Shown here: positions 53,146 through 63,775 of the stretch, piece after piece
How the letters are laid out: each line of letters begins with the position of its first letter
Position numbering within the stretch: position 1 is the first letter of the stretch
From: Alphaproteobacteria bacterium
GTDB lineage: Bacteria; Pseudomonadota; Alphaproteobacteria; JAWKYA01
Direction of reading: 5' to 3'
Assembly (NCBI GenBank): GCA_041396725.1
Contig: JAWKYA010000003.1
Coordinates: 13,323 to 77,322 of the forward strand
Length of the DNA stretch: 64,000 bases
Notes under the pieces: model-generated
Database searches by the model: none
What the model saw: only the letters and a program-made list of their open reading frames with translations
Told to the model about the DNA's origin: nothing
Made by a program: the position numbers and the translations under genes

Positions 53146-53916
53146 TTATATTAATTTTTGTGCATTTAGTGCAGCAGTTGCACCTTCGCGCATAAAGCCC
53201 ACATCGCTGCCTGCTAAAACCAGATCGAATCCTGCCTTGAAGCGCGCCGCAGCATTGTGCTGGGTTGAGGGGGTAATTCCCGCCCATTTCTTATGTTTCT
53301 TCGCGGCAGCTAAAATCTTATCGATGGCAGCCCTAACCTCGGGATGATCGGCCTGACCAAGGTAGCCAAGGCTGGCGGAGATGTCGCTGGGGCCAGCAAA
53401 CAACAGGTCGATACCTGGCACAGCAGCAATATCCTCAACCGCTTCAATGCCTTCCTTGGTCTCAATCTGAGCGATGACCACCAATTCCTCTCGGGCGATC
53501 TTCGGATATTCTCCTCCATAGAGCCCATAGCTTGATGCTCGGATTAAATAAGGCGCCGTCCCCCGAATCCCTACGGGGGGATAGGCGCAAGCCTTTGCCA
53601 AGAGCTCCGCTTCCGCTACGGAAGAGATCATGGGCACCATGATCCCCGAAACCCCTGCATCCAAAGCATATTTGACCTCCCCCAGATCAAGTTTGGGGAT
53701 TCGCAAGAACGCCGTACCGCCTGCAGCTTTAGCCGCCACCATCTGTGCCGTTGCCTCCCCCATTGAGGCTTGGCCATGCTCGCGATCGATCAGGACACAC
53801 TCATAGCCAATCAAGGTTAAGAGCTCCGCCGCAGCAATCCCCGGAAGTCCCAGAAAACAGCCCAAAACCTTCTCGCCAGCAGCCAAACGTTTTTTGATCT
53901 TATTCTCGTTAACCAT
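53146..53916 (-). CDS. HpcH/HpaI-family aldolase (second paralog).
   Basis: YECVLIDREHGQ, FLRIPK, YALDAGVSGIMVPMI, AYPPVGIRG and IAQIETKEG. Confidence 0.8.
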   Translation of the reverse strand: MVNENKIKKRLAAGEKVLGCFLGLPGIAAAELLTLIGYECVLIDREHGQASMGEATAQMVAAKAAGGTAFLRIPKLDLGEVKYALDAGVSGIMVPMISSVAEAELLAKACAYPPVGIRGTAPYLIRASSYGLYGGEYPKIAREELVVIAQIETKEGIEAVEDIAAVPGIDLLFAGPSDISASLGYLGQADHPEVRAAIDKILAAAKKHKKWAGITPSTQHNAAARFKAGFDLVLAGSDVGFMREGATAALNAQKLI

Positions 53917-53993
53917 TTACCCCTCTCATCTGCTAATTCCGTGGTCTTAATTCCCCTTGTTAATTCCTCTGGCCGTATTACAGGCTCGTATTC

Positions 53994-54902
53994 TTAGCTG
54001 GATACTGACTCCGATCTTTGATTCCAGGGGTTCTCCAGCAAAGCTTGTACGGAATGGCTTCGAACCTCGGCATTGAAGGCGGCACCAATCAAGACCGCTA
54101 GGATCGTCACCCAAAACCACACCATCAACACCACGACTGCCGCTAAGGAGCCATAGGTCTTGTCATAGGCGCCAAAATTGGCAACGTAGAGCGAAAAGCC
54201 TATAGAAGCCAGAAGACACAAGGACATAGCCACCGCTGACCCTAGGTAAGACCATCGGCGCAAGGGAACCTCGCGGCACGGGCCATAGCGATAGACTGCC
54301 GCTAGGGCGACCCAAACCGCCACCCCCAGGATGGGCCAACGCAGACTATTCACAATGAAAAGCGATTCCCCGCCAAACCCTATATAAGGGTGAAGAAAAT
54401 TGAGAGCCACCGGGACAGCGACAACCGTGAGCATGGCAATCGCAAAGATGAAGATCGACCCCAAAGTCATGCTGAGGGCAAGGGCGTTTAGTCGGATCCA
54501 TCCGCGGCTTTCCTTACAGCCATAGACTCGATTGAGTGCCGTAATCAAGGATTTGGCCCCCCGGGCTGCGCTCCATAAGGCAATCGTTAGCGCCACAACG
54601 ACTTGAATACTAAGAGTTTTAGGGGAATGAGAGACAATAGCCTTCAACTCAGCACGCAGTAAAACCCAAGCCTCGAACGGGATAAGATCGGCAATAGGGG
54701 TAAGTTGGCGCTCGACTGTATTTGCATCAGCCAAAAGTCCGTAGCACGCGACAAACAAGGCAAGGGATGGAAAAAGGGACAGTAAGGCAAAAAAAGCCAC
54801 ACCGCCGGCCAAGAATGGTGCGTTCGCATCGAGAGTTCGGCGTATGGCCCCCGGCAAGATCATCCGCAAAACCCGATAAACCATAGTGACATGGCGGCGC
54901 AT
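53994..54902 (-). CDS. YihY/BrkB-family inner-membrane protein.
   Basis: LAGGVAFFALLSLFPSLALFV and about 6 TM helices. It is 302 aa. Confidence 0.75.
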   Translation of the reverse strand: MRRHVTMVYRVLRMILPGAIRRTLDANAPFLAGGVAFFALLSLFPSLALFVACYGLLADANTVERQLTPIADLIPFEAWVLLRAELKAIVSHSPKTLSIQVVVALTIALWSAARGAKSLITALNRVYGCKESRGWIRLNALALSMTLGSIFIFAIAMLTVVAVPVALNFLHPYIGFGGESLFIVNSLRWPILGVAVWVALAAVYRYGPCREVPLRRWSYLGSAVAMSLCLLASIGFSLYVANFGAYDKTYGSLAAVVVLMVWFWVTILAVLIGAAFNAEVRSHSVQALLENPWNQRSESVSS

Positions 54903-54993
54903 CTTTAGTCTTCCTCCCCTTCCTCAGAACCAGTATAGAAGCGCAACTCCGTAGGTTCGGATTCTTATTTATTATGCCTTCGGGCGGAGCTTT

Positions 54994-56632
54994 ATGTCGC
55001 GATTAATTCTAAGCATTGGCTATGTTCTTGCTAGCCTCATTGTTTTCTTGAGCTGGTCCTGGCAAGGCCGCCCCCAGCCAGTTGTAGATGCACCCGGCGG
55101 GCGAATTGCCTGTATGTCCTATTCGCCCCATGTCCATGGTTATTCACCCTTCGATAAAACCATCATGGTTCCTCGCGTGGTCATGGAAAAAGACCTCGCC
55201 CATCTTAAAGCCTATACGGATTGCGTCCGCACCTATGCGACCAGCCAAGGGCAAGAGGTTATCCCCGAAATTGCCGCCAAGCTTGGAATGAAGGTCTTAC
55301 TCGGAATCTGGATTAGTCGAGAAGAAGCGGATAATGAGAAGGAAATGGCTCGGGGGATCGCCGCCGCCAAGGCATACCCTGATGCTATCCGTGCCATCAT
55401 TGTTGGCAATGAAGTCATGCTCCGAGGGGAGCAAACCGAGAGCGCTCTTGCCGCTAAGGCGCGGCGTGTTAAGGCAGCCACAGGCCTCCCTGGTACCATC
55501 GCCGATATTTGGGCCTTTTGGCTTAAACATCCAGATTTAGCCAAAAGCGTCGATTTTATCACCATCCACATCCTTCCCTATTGGGAGGATAGCCCACAAT
55601 CCATTACCCAAATCCAGCCTTTACTGGATGATATTATCGGTCGGGTCACAGCGAAATTCCCTCAGACAAAATTCTTGATTGGCGAAACCGGATGGCCAAG
55701 CATCGGCCGTACCCGAGGCGAAGCGGTTCCAAGTTTAATTAATCAAGCGCGTTATATCCGGGGATTCGTTGCTCTCGCTACGCAGCGCGGCTGGGATTAC
55801 AATTTAATCGAAGCCTATGATCAACCTTGGAAGCGGTACCTTGAAGGAACCGTCGGGGGCGCCTGGGGTCTTCTGCATCCTGACGGATCACCCAAATTTC
55901 CTTTTACGGGTCCAGTCAGTAATAATCCGAATTGGCTTGTTGATGCGATCGCTAGTTTAGTCTTAGGCGGATTAGGATTTTGGCTTTATGGCCTATCCAC
56001 CACACAGTCCGCTTGCTGCGGTTAGGACAGGGATAATTTTACCAATTTCGGGAAGTTTCATCATACTCGGTGCCGAGTTTGTTCTGGCTGCCAGTGTGCG
56101 TCCCGCGCATTGGGCAATATGGGGATTCGACCTAGGCTTGAGCGTCATCGCCGCTTCGATTCTTCTTATTGGGCTCTCTTATAGGTGGAAGCTGGAAGCC
56201 GCTCCTCTCGCGACTGTACTGAATTGGCTGCAACGACCATGGCGCTACCGACTCACGCCCGCACTTCTTTTGGGGTTATTTCAGGGTACTATCGTATTTT
56301 CGGTTGCAGTCCTTACCCTCGCTCTAAGTTTTGATAATCGATCACGAGATATCCCTACCGTTCTGATGGTCTTGCCCGTCTTAGCTTGTTGCCTAATCGG
56401 CATTCGTGCTTCGCAACGCCAGAATTTTGAAGCAAGCAAGGCTGACTTTTTACGCCCCGAAGCTTGGCTTGGTGGCTTCCTGATTTTCATTGGGATCTTA
56501 AGCCTCATTATGAACGCCATTATGGAAAAAGCGGCCGGCAATATGGAAGCTTATGTCTGGGCATTGATTGTTTTTCTTGCGGCTATACCTTTATGGCTTC
56601 GTCTGAATCGGTGTCGTGCGGGGCCGCGCTAA
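54994..56632 (+). pseudogene. GH17-domain membrane protein (NdvC-like beta-glucan glucosyltransferase/transglycosylase), probably split by a frameshift near 55990-56025.
   Basis: ORF 54994..56025 has GH17 motifs IIVGNEVMLRGE, ITIHILPYWED and LIGETGWPSIG. The overlapping ORF 55988..56632 is purely polytopic membrane. Together they total 557 aa, about the size I recall for NdvC. Confidence 0.55.
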
Positions 56633-56989
56633 TTGAATAAAGCCAACCACAACACCTAAGGTAGCAAAGTTCACATTATAAAGAACAAGCCCAGCCGCAC
56701 CTAAAAGCATAGCCATCATTGCTAAATGCCGGTTGTTCAGTGTAAAGCCCACCAAAGCTGCAATTAAACTGCTAAATCCAAACCCTTCACGAACAAAGAT
56801 TTGGATAATGCCATGGCGAATCCAACACCACCATGGCCCCTGCCCTGTTTCGCATAACTGACCCAAGGTATGGCTTTCGATCACAAACCAGCGAAATAGC
56901 ATAAGACCGGTACTTAGAAAAACGGCCCCCATAAATACTAAGGTCTGCGGCCAACTTGGCCGATAAGTGCGGAAAATATCCCGCCACAT
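56591..56989 (-). CDS. Small membrane protein (132 aa), hypothetical.
   Basis: Four predicted TM segments and no recognisable motif. It overlaps the 3' end of the preceding + strand ORF by about 40 nt. Confidence 0.4.
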   Translation of the reverse strand: MWRDIFRTYRPSWPQTLVFMGAVFLSTGLMLFRWFVIESHTLGQLCETGQGPWWCWIRHGIIQIFVREGFGFSSLIAALVGFTLNNRHLAMMAMLLGAAGLVLYNVNFATLGVVVGFIQLARPRTTPIQTKP

Positions 56990-57207
56990 GGCTTCATCCT
57001 TAGGTTAAGCTTTAATAAAGATATCCTTGAGAGGATCGGAACTCTCCACTCCCTTCCTACTTCCTAAGGAATAAGGACGCAATAGACGCAACACAAGCGA
57101 TCCCTTATAAGGTTGCCCGAAAGATACGGCGAAGCTTAGTGGCTTAACTTAATAAGCTATTATACTTTATAGGCCGTGCATCGTTTGAAACAGAATTGAA
57201 TTGTCTC

Positions 57208-57705
57208 ATGACCTTTGCCTTTACGCGCTTTATCTCTTCCTTCGCCTTAGCAATAACTCTTTCCTTAACGCATAATGCCTTAGCGCAAAGCTCCGATGGT
57301 GCCCGTCGATCGGTATCGCCATCTGAAATTGCCACCGCTAAGTCGCCGCAATGCACACAAATTGGGACCAAATTGATCGCCCTATTAGTCCGCGACGATG
57401 TTCGTGGTGCTCTTGATTTTCAACAATTCTATAACACCTTTGGTTGTCCGACGACCTATCTTATTAAATCCTTTGGCTGCACCATTGCTAATCGTCCACC
57501 TGAAGGAAAACCCATTGAGGCTCAGCCGGTGCCCATGACCCACATCATCGATGCCTGCTGGGACAACCCAGACAAACCCAAGCTTGATACAGCATCGGAC
57601 AAAGCAGCACCCCCTCCAACAGGTAACAAGCCCAATCCGCCGCCGGCTACCAATCAAAAGAAACCAAACACTGCGCCGCCAGCTGAGGGTGGAACCTCTA
57701 AATAG
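57208..57705 (+). CDS. Secreted protein with a Pro-rich C-terminus, hypothetical.
   Basis: MTFAFTRFISSFALAITLSLTHNALAQ is a signal peptide. The C-terminus is APPPTGNKPNPPPATNQKKPNTAPPAEGG. The gene ends 19 nt before the next gene. Confidence 0.5.
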   Translation: MTFAFTRFISSFALAITLSLTHNALAQSSDGARRSVSPSEIATAKSPQCTQIGTKLIALLVRDDVRGALDFQQFYNTFGCPTTYLIKSFGCTIANRPPEGKPIEAQPVPMTHIIDACWDNPDKPKLDTASDKAAPPPTGNKPNPPPATNQKKPNTAPPAEGGTSK

Positions 57706-57723
57706 AAATCGGATAGTCGAGAA

Positions 57724-60534
57724 TTGGCGATCATTCGCAATATCATTCTTGGGCTGTTGATTGCCGTGGCGCTTCATGGCGCCGCGTGGTGGAGTTTACG
57801 CCAGGCGACGCTACCGCCCGATCTTCCGGATTTACCCACATCTCTTTCTTTCAGTCCTTATATCAATCAACGTCCAGAAGATCCGAGCACACCGCCAATC
57901 GAGCAGATTGACAACGATCTTCGTATCCTAGCGCCGATTACCCGTGGCGTTCGTATTTATGCGACCCGCGGCACCCTGGCGGAAATCCCTCGGCTTGCTG
58001 GACAGTATGGGTTAGATGTTTGGGTTGGTATATGGCTTGGCAAGGAAATTGAACCACCCCCCGTGCGCGATAACGAAACGCTTGAACAACAGGCAGCGCG
58101 GAAATTTGCTGAACAAGAGTACCAGCGGGCGCATAAAGATAACGAAGATGAGGTTAAGCGGGCGGTCGAGCTCGCGCGAACCAATCACAATGTTCGCGCT
58201 CTTATTGTTGGCAATGAGGTTTTGGTCCGTAACGATCTAACGCCGCAACAATTAATTCATTATATCCGCGAAGTTAAACAACAAACCGACGTTCCTGTTT
58301 CTACGGGGGAAACTTGGAGCCATTGGTTAGGATTGGTAGGCGATCAACTCCCCGGCAACTTCGCCACCATGCCTGAACTCCAAAATATTGCATCGAATGA
58401 TCGCGAAGACTATTATCGTTACACGTTCTTCCCGGCGCAGATGGCGCAAATAGCGCGGGAAGTCGACTTTATCACTGCCCATATTCTTCCCTATTGGGAA
58501 CGGTTATCGCCTGACGAATCTGTCACCTTTGCCATCGATAAAGTCGATCAGCTTCGCGGACATTTCCCTGGTAAACGCATTGTCGTCGGCGAATTCGGAT
58601 GGCCCAGCTCAGGATACAATCTTAAAGATGCCACACCAGATGTGATCGAACAGGCGCGGATCATCCGCTCATTTCTTCGTGAAATGCAATATCGCGGCAC
58701 CGAGGTTAATATCGTCGAAGCCTTCGATCAGCCCTGGAAACGGGCTGAAGGGAGCGTTGGACCCTATTGGGGACTTTTTTATGCCGATCGCACCCCTAAA
58801 TTTGCCTTCCTAGCGGGCGAAGTTAGCCAAGAAAATACGACAACCGCCGCTCTCGCTTTGGGTCTCGGAACAGCCATCACTCTTTTCGGCCTTTGGCGCC
58901 GCCGACCGACCCTTGGTCATGCTGTTTCTTACGCGATTGCCGCCCATGCCATGGCTGCCGGTATCGCTGCAGCCATTCTCTATCCGTTGGACCGTTATCT
59001 TACATTGCATATTTGGGTTATGTGGGGGTTCGGCCTGATCTTGATGATCCCCCTCGCACTTCTCACTCTGGCTAAAGTGCATGAAATTTCTGAAGTGCTT
59101 CTGGGCCGTAAGCCACAAAAACTCATTATTCCCGGCAAAGGCATGATCTTGGCGCGTCCTTTGAAGGTGTCGATTCATGTTCCTGCCTACCGAGAACCGC
59201 CAGATATGTTGAAGGCAACTATCGATGATCTTGCAAAGCTCGATTACCCAGACTTTGAGGCCGTAATCATTGTTAATAACACACCTGAAGAATCCTACTG
59301 GAAACCTATCGAGGAACACTGCGCTAGGCTCGGATCGCGATTCAAATTCGTTAACCTGCCAAAGGTTGCGGGATTTAAGGCTGGCGCTCTGAATACTGCT
59401 ATGACGCAAATGGATTCAGCGACCGATGTCATTGCGGTGATCGATGCCGACTATCGCGTTCATCCGGATTGGTTGAAGGATCTGGTGCCTGCTTTTGCTG
59501 ATCCGAAAGTAGCCTTGGTTCAAGCGCCTCAGGATCACCGCGATGGAGAAGAGTCCGCACTCAAGCGGATCATGAACGCCGAGTACGCTGGCTTCTTCGA
59601 TATCGGTATGGTGCAGCGAAACGAGGACAACGCCATCGTTGCCCATGGAACGATGCTCATGGTACGACGCACGGCTTTCGATGAAGCAGGTGGCTGGGGA
59701 ACCGATACCATTACCGAAGATACCGAGCTCGGCCTGCGGTTATTGGAGCGAGGTTATGAAGCGCGATATACCAACCGTCGCTATGGGTGGGGATTGCTAC
59801 CGGACACCTACAAGGCTTTTAAGACCCAGCGTCATCGCTGGGCCTATGGTGCCATGCAAATTCTGCGCAAGCACTGGCGCCATATGTTGCCCCGATCCAA
59901 GACCCTCACCACCATTCAAAAACTGCACTTCATTGTCGGGTGGTCCTATTGGCTATCCGATGCCCTAGGCACAGCTGCAGCGGTGCTTAATCTTTTATGG
60001 GTGCCGATGATTATTTGGGCCAATGTCAGTTTCCCCTTCATTGCACTTACAGTTCCAATCCTGACTGCAGCAGCCGTCAACATGATGCATTGCATTTTGC
60101 TGTATCGAGAGCGGGTCGATACGCCCTTCACGCGGATCGTGGGTGCCGCTATCGCAGCTATGAGTCTTCAACTTACCGTCGCCCATGCCGTCTTCACAGG
60201 ATTGCTGAAAGATAACCTACCGTTCCTCCGCACCGATAAGGGTGGGAATGCTAAGAAACGGAGCGGCGATCATCCCGCTTTTTGGGAAGGATTACTGGCT
60301 CTTGGTCTTTTGGCTTCGGCTTGTTTCTTGATGTTCATCAACCGCGTCGACCGGATTGTCGAACTGACCCTCTTTGCCGTAACCCTGGCGGTCCAGGCCT
60401 TACCGTTCTTAATGACCGTCATTATGAGCACCATCGAAGATTGGGAGTCGCGCCGGCCCTCAGGTAAAGCCGGCAACGTCGCCTTTGCCGATATTGCTGC
60501 TGCAGAAAAAGCTTCATCTGCTAAGGCAGCATAA
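57724..60534 (+). CDS. Bifunctional GH17 + GT2 membrane protein (NdvB-like beta-1,3-glucan synthase).
   Basis: The N-terminal GH17 region has LIVGNEVLVRND, ITAHILPYWE and VVGEFGWPSSG. The central GT2 region has VSIHVPAYREPP, VIDADY, ITEDTELG and QRHRW (the processive QxxRW motif). Multiple TM helices are present. It is 936 aa with a TTG start. Confidence 0.8.
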   Translation: MAIIRNIILGLLIAVALHGAAWWSLRQATLPPDLPDLPTSLSFSPYINQRPEDPSTPPIEQIDNDLRILAPITRGVRIYATRGTLAEIPRLAGQYGLDVWVGIWLGKEIEPPPVRDNETLEQQAARKFAEQEYQRAHKDNEDEVKRAVELARTNHNVRALIVGNEVLVRNDLTPQQLIHYIREVKQQTDVPVSTGETWSHWLGLVGDQLPGNFATMPELQNIASNDREDYYRYTFFPAQMAQIAREVDFITAHILPYWERLSPDESVTFAIDKVDQLRGHFPGKRIVVGEFGWPSSGYNLKDATPDVIEQARIIRSFLREMQYRGTEVNIVEAFDQPWKRAEGSVGPYWGLFYADRTPKFAFLAGEVSQENTTTAALALGLGTAITLFGLWRRRPTLGHAVSYAIAAHAMAAGIAAAILYPLDRYLTLHIWVMWGFGLILMIPLALLTLAKVHEISEVLLGRKPQKLIIPGKGMILARPLKVSIHVPAYREPPDMLKATIDDLAKLDYPDFEAVIIVNNTPEESYWKPIEEHCARLGSRFKFVNLPKVAGFKAGALNTAMTQMDSATDVIAVIDADYRVHPDWLKDLVPAFADPKVALVQAPQDHRDGEESALKRIMNAEYAGFFDIGMVQRNEDNAIVAHGTMLMVRRTAFDEAGGWGTDTITEDTELGLRLLERGYEARYTNRRYGWGLLPDTYKAFKTQRHRWAYGAMQILRKHWRHMLPRSKTLTTIQKLHFIVGWSYWLSDALGTAAAVLNLLWVPMIIWANVSFPFIALTVPILTAAAVNMMHCILLYRERVDTPFTRIVGAAIAAMSLQLTVAHAVFTGLLKDNLPFLRTDKGGNAKKRSGDHPAFWEGLLALGLLASACFLMFINRVDRIVELTLFAVTLAVQALPFLMTVIMSTIEDWESRRPSGKAGNVAFADIAAAEKASSAKAA

Positions 60535-60664
60535 TCTTTAAGCACATTGAGAAGATCCCTACAGATTCCATCTGACTAAACCAGTCCAAAAGTTGCAACC
60601 ACATCAGATCACTATCATTGAGCAAGCTGCACGGCTTGTTGATTTCATACCCGCTTGAAAGGAA

Positions 60665-61183
60665 ATGATTATGGTAGAACGACAGATAAATATCCGTGTC
60701 GCTACAGAAGATGATATGGATCTCATTATTCAACTTATTAAAGAGTTGGCAATTTATGAGAAGCTGGGTGATGCTGTTGTTACTTCAAAAGAAGCTATTC
60801 GCGCAGCGCTTTTTTCCGATAATCCAAGTGGAGAAGTGTTAATCGGTGAACTGGGCGGTGAACCCGTTGGCTTTGCCCTTTTCTTCCACAACTATTCGAC
60901 CTTTCTCGGAAAAAAAGGATTATACCTTGAAGATCTGTTCGTTAAACCCACAGCGCGAGGCCATGGTATCGGCAAGTTATTACTAACGAGATTGGCTCAG
61001 ATTGCGGTTGAACGCGATTGCGCTAGGATGGAATGGTCTGTTTTAGATTGGAATGCACCCTCCATCGCCTTCTATAAATCACTTGGTGCCTTACCCATGG
61101 ACGAATGGACTGTGTTTAGGCTGACCACGGATAAAATTAGAGCTCTTGCTGAACAGACCCAACCAGCATTATCAGATAAATAA
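60665..61183 (+). CDS. GNAT-family N-acetyltransferase (diamine/spermidine acetyltransferase-like).
   Basis: IRVATEDDMDLIIQLIKELAIYE, LEDLFVKPTARGHGIGKLLL (acetyl-CoA-binding R/Q-x-x-G-x-G/A) and FYKSLG. Confidence 0.8.
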   Translation: MIMVERQINIRVATEDDMDLIIQLIKELAIYEKLGDAVVTSKEAIRAALFSDNPSGEVLIGELGGEPVGFALFFHNYSTFLGKKGLYLEDLFVKPTARGHGIGKLLLTRLAQIAVERDCARMEWSVLDWNAPSIAFYKSLGALPMDEWTVFRLTTDKIRALAEQTQPALSDK

Positions 61184-61382
61184 AAATGAAAACGGGATCG
61201 TTCCATGCAAGGTGACTGGATTTGTAGGCTTGCAAGAGTAGAAGATTTTCAAGAGCTAACAGCACTCGAGAGAAGTGCATTTACTTGTAGTCGTAGTAGC
61301 ACTGGCGAACCCATGGGTCCGAAAAAAGCTCCAACAAAACGAGCAAGCGAGAGCTGTAGCGGGCGTAAGCCTCTGAAAATCC

Positions 61383-61460
61383 TGGGGTGGCTGACGGGAT
61401 TTGAACCCGCGACCCCCGGTACCACAAACCGATGCTCTAACCAACTGAGCTACAGCCACC
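61383..61460 (-). tRNA. tRNA-His (GTG) with encoded G-1.
   Basis: Hand-folded: G-1 + GTGGCTG/CAGCCAC + C73 + CCA, anticodon loop TTGTGGT, T-loop TTCAAAT. Confidence 0.9.
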
Positions 61461-61653
61461 ACCGATTGGCTTTCTCAAGCATTCACCCTCTCAAAAGCCC
61501 TGGCGATCATGTACGGCCCTGACGCAGCGCCGTCAAGCATAGCGACGGCAAAATGTCGTTGTTTTAGGCAAGGCGGTTAAAATTTAGGCATACCTTACCA
61601 CCCTTTAAGCAATAGTCCTTTCATTCAGGCAGGAATCCTGTGGTTTTCAGATT

Positions 61654-61669
61654 TGGCATGGTTTATGCA
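61654..61669 (+). promoter_or_regulatory. Sigma-54 (-24/-12) type promoter upstream of glnB.
   Basis: TGGCATGGTTTATGCA has GG-N10-GC spacing identical to the consensus TGGCACG-N4-TTGCA. It lies about 77 nt upstream of the glnB ATG. Confidence 0.6.
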
Positions 61670-61688
61670 TAGCTTTCCCTGTCAGTGA

Positions 61689-62084
<396 letters not shown>

Positions 62085-62136
62085 TGAACAAACCTGCGGC
62101 TACACGAAGTTTTAAACGAAAGGGGAAGTTAGCAGT

Positions 62137-63543
62137 ATGTCGGACGTTAAAAAAGTTATGGATCTCATCAAGGAGCGCGACGTTAAGTATGTCTCGCTTC
62201 GTTTTACCGATCCACGGGGCAAGTGGCAACATACGGCGCAGCATGTCTCCACGATTGATGAATCCGTGTTCGAAGACGGTATTATGTTCGACGGCTCCTC
62301 GATTGATGGCTGGAAAGCGATCAATGAATCCGACATGATCTTGATGCCCGATCCGAAGACAGCAGTGATGGATCCCTTCGCTGCTCAGCCGCAACTCATC
62401 TTGTTCTGCGATATCCACGAACCTGGCGCCGCCGGGTATGAGCGTGACCCACGGTCAACCGCTAAACGTGCCGAGGCTTATCTTGCTTCAACAGGCATTG
62501 GCGATACTGCCGTATTCGGCCCCGAGCTCGAGTTTTTTGTGTTCGACGACGTGCGCTTTGGGGTCGAAGGCGACCGTTCATTCTATTATCTCGATAGCGA
62601 AGAAAGCCCGAGCAACAACGGCCGTCATTACGAAGAAGGCAATCTTGGTCACCGGCCACGAGTTAAAGGTGGTTACTTTCCCGTTCCCCCTGTAGATAGC
62701 GGCACCGACTATCGGGCCGAGATGGTTAGCTTAATGCTCGAAATGGGGATTGCCGGGGAAAAGCACCATCATGAGGTTGCCCCTGGCCAGCATGAGCTTG
62801 GCTTTAAATTTGATACGCTCACTAAGGTCGCTGATACCGTTCAGAAATATAAATATGTCGTGCATATGGTGGCGCAATCTTATGGCAAGACTGCAACCTT
62901 CATGCCAAAACCGATCTTCGGTGACAATGGCTCGGGTATGCATTGTCATCAATCGATCTGGAAGGGAAACAAGCCTCTATTTGCCGGATCGGGTTACGCC
63001 GATTTGTCAGAAACCTGCCTCTACTATATCGGTGGTATTATAAAACACGCTAAAGCACTCAACGCCTTCACCAACACAACAACCAATAGCTATAAGCGCT
63101 TGGTCCCAGGATATGAAGCGCCGGTGTTGCTCGCCTATTCATCGCGTAACCGCTCAGCCTCGATCCGTATCCCATTCGGCGCCGGACCTAAGGCTAAACG
63201 TATCGAGGTTCGATTCCCTGATCCTGCTTCCAATCCTTACCTAGCCTTTTCAGCTATGCTGATGGCAGGCTTAGATGGGATTGAAAATAAGATCCATCCC
63301 GGCGATCCTATGGACAAGAACCTCTATGACTTGCCTCCGCAAGAATTGAAGCAGATCCCAACGGTCTGCGGATCTTTGCGCGAGGCCCTGACAGCACTGG
63401 AAGAAGACCATAATTTCCTTCTTAAGGGCGGCGTCTTTACCAAAGATCAGATCGAAGCTTATGCTGAATTGAAGTGGTCAGAGCTCAAGGCATTTGAGGT
63501 CTCGCCCCACCCGATCGAGTTCCAGATGTATTATTCTGTGTAA
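62137..63543 (+). CDS. glnA: Glutamine synthetase type I.
   Basis: [30 protein letters not shown], and the adenylylation-site context [10 protein letters not shown]. It is 468 aa. Confidence 0.95.
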   Translation: MSDVKKVMDLIKERDVKYVSLRFTDPRGKWQHTAQHVSTIDESVFEDGIMFDGSSIDGWKAINESDMILMPDPKTAVMDPFAAQPQLILFCDIHEPGAAGYERDPRSTAKRAEAYLASTGIGDTAVFGPELEFFVFDDVRFGVEGDRSFYYLDSEESPSNNGRHYEEGNLGHRPRVKGGYFPVPPVDSGTDYRAEMVSLMLEMGIAGEKHHHEVAPGQHELGFKFDTLTKVADTVQKYKYVVHMVAQSYGKTATFMPKPIFGDNGSGMHCHQSIWKGNKPLFAGSGYADLSETCLYYIGGIIKHAKALNAFTNTTTNSYKRLVPGYEAPVLLAYSSRNRSASIRIPFGAGPKAKRIEVRFPDPASNPYLAFSAMLMAGLDGIENKIHPGDPMDKNLYDLPPQELKQIPTVCGSLREALTALEEDHNFLLKGGVFTKDQIEAYAELKWSELKAFEVSPHPIEFQMYYSV

Positions 63544-63570
63544 CAGAGACAGTTAGCCCTCCATGACGAG

Positions 63571-63599
63571 ATGCCGCTCGGAGTTTTTCGGAGCGGCAT
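63571..63599 (+). terminator. Rho-independent terminator of glnA.
   Basis: atgccgctc...gagcggcat forms a stem followed by a T-rich tract (tttctaattttt). Confidence 0.7.
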
Positions 63600-63650
63600 T
63601 TCTAATTTTTAGGCATTTCAACTCTTTGCGGCATGCTTTTGAATGTTCCT

Positions 63651-63674
63651 AAAATGTTTCACGTGAAACATTTT
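63651..63674. promoter_or_regulatory. Perfect 24-bp palindrome AAAATGTTTCAC|GTGAAACATTTT; candidate operator.
   Basis: Read directly. It lies in an AT-rich intergenic region between the glnA terminator and the 3' end of the convergent minus-strand gene at 63776. Confidence 0.4.
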
Positions 63675-63775
63675 ATATATGACATATTACCTATATCAAA
63701 AACAGCTTATTTGTTAATATTTACAAAAATTTCTCTAGAAATAAGGAATATAATCTTATATCTGATCACCTGTGC

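Noticed and set aside
53146-53916. The second HpcH aldolase as part of the sugar-acid cluster.
   Set aside because: It lies 37 kb from the cluster, between nnr and yihY, with no other pathway genes nearby. I treat it as an independent paralog.
61205-61522. ORFs 61205..61522 (+) and 61256..61462 (-) considered as real genes.
   Set aside because: Both run through the tRNA-His gene (61383..61460). Only the first ~25 codons of the plus ORF look protein-like, and I reported that separately as a possible stub.
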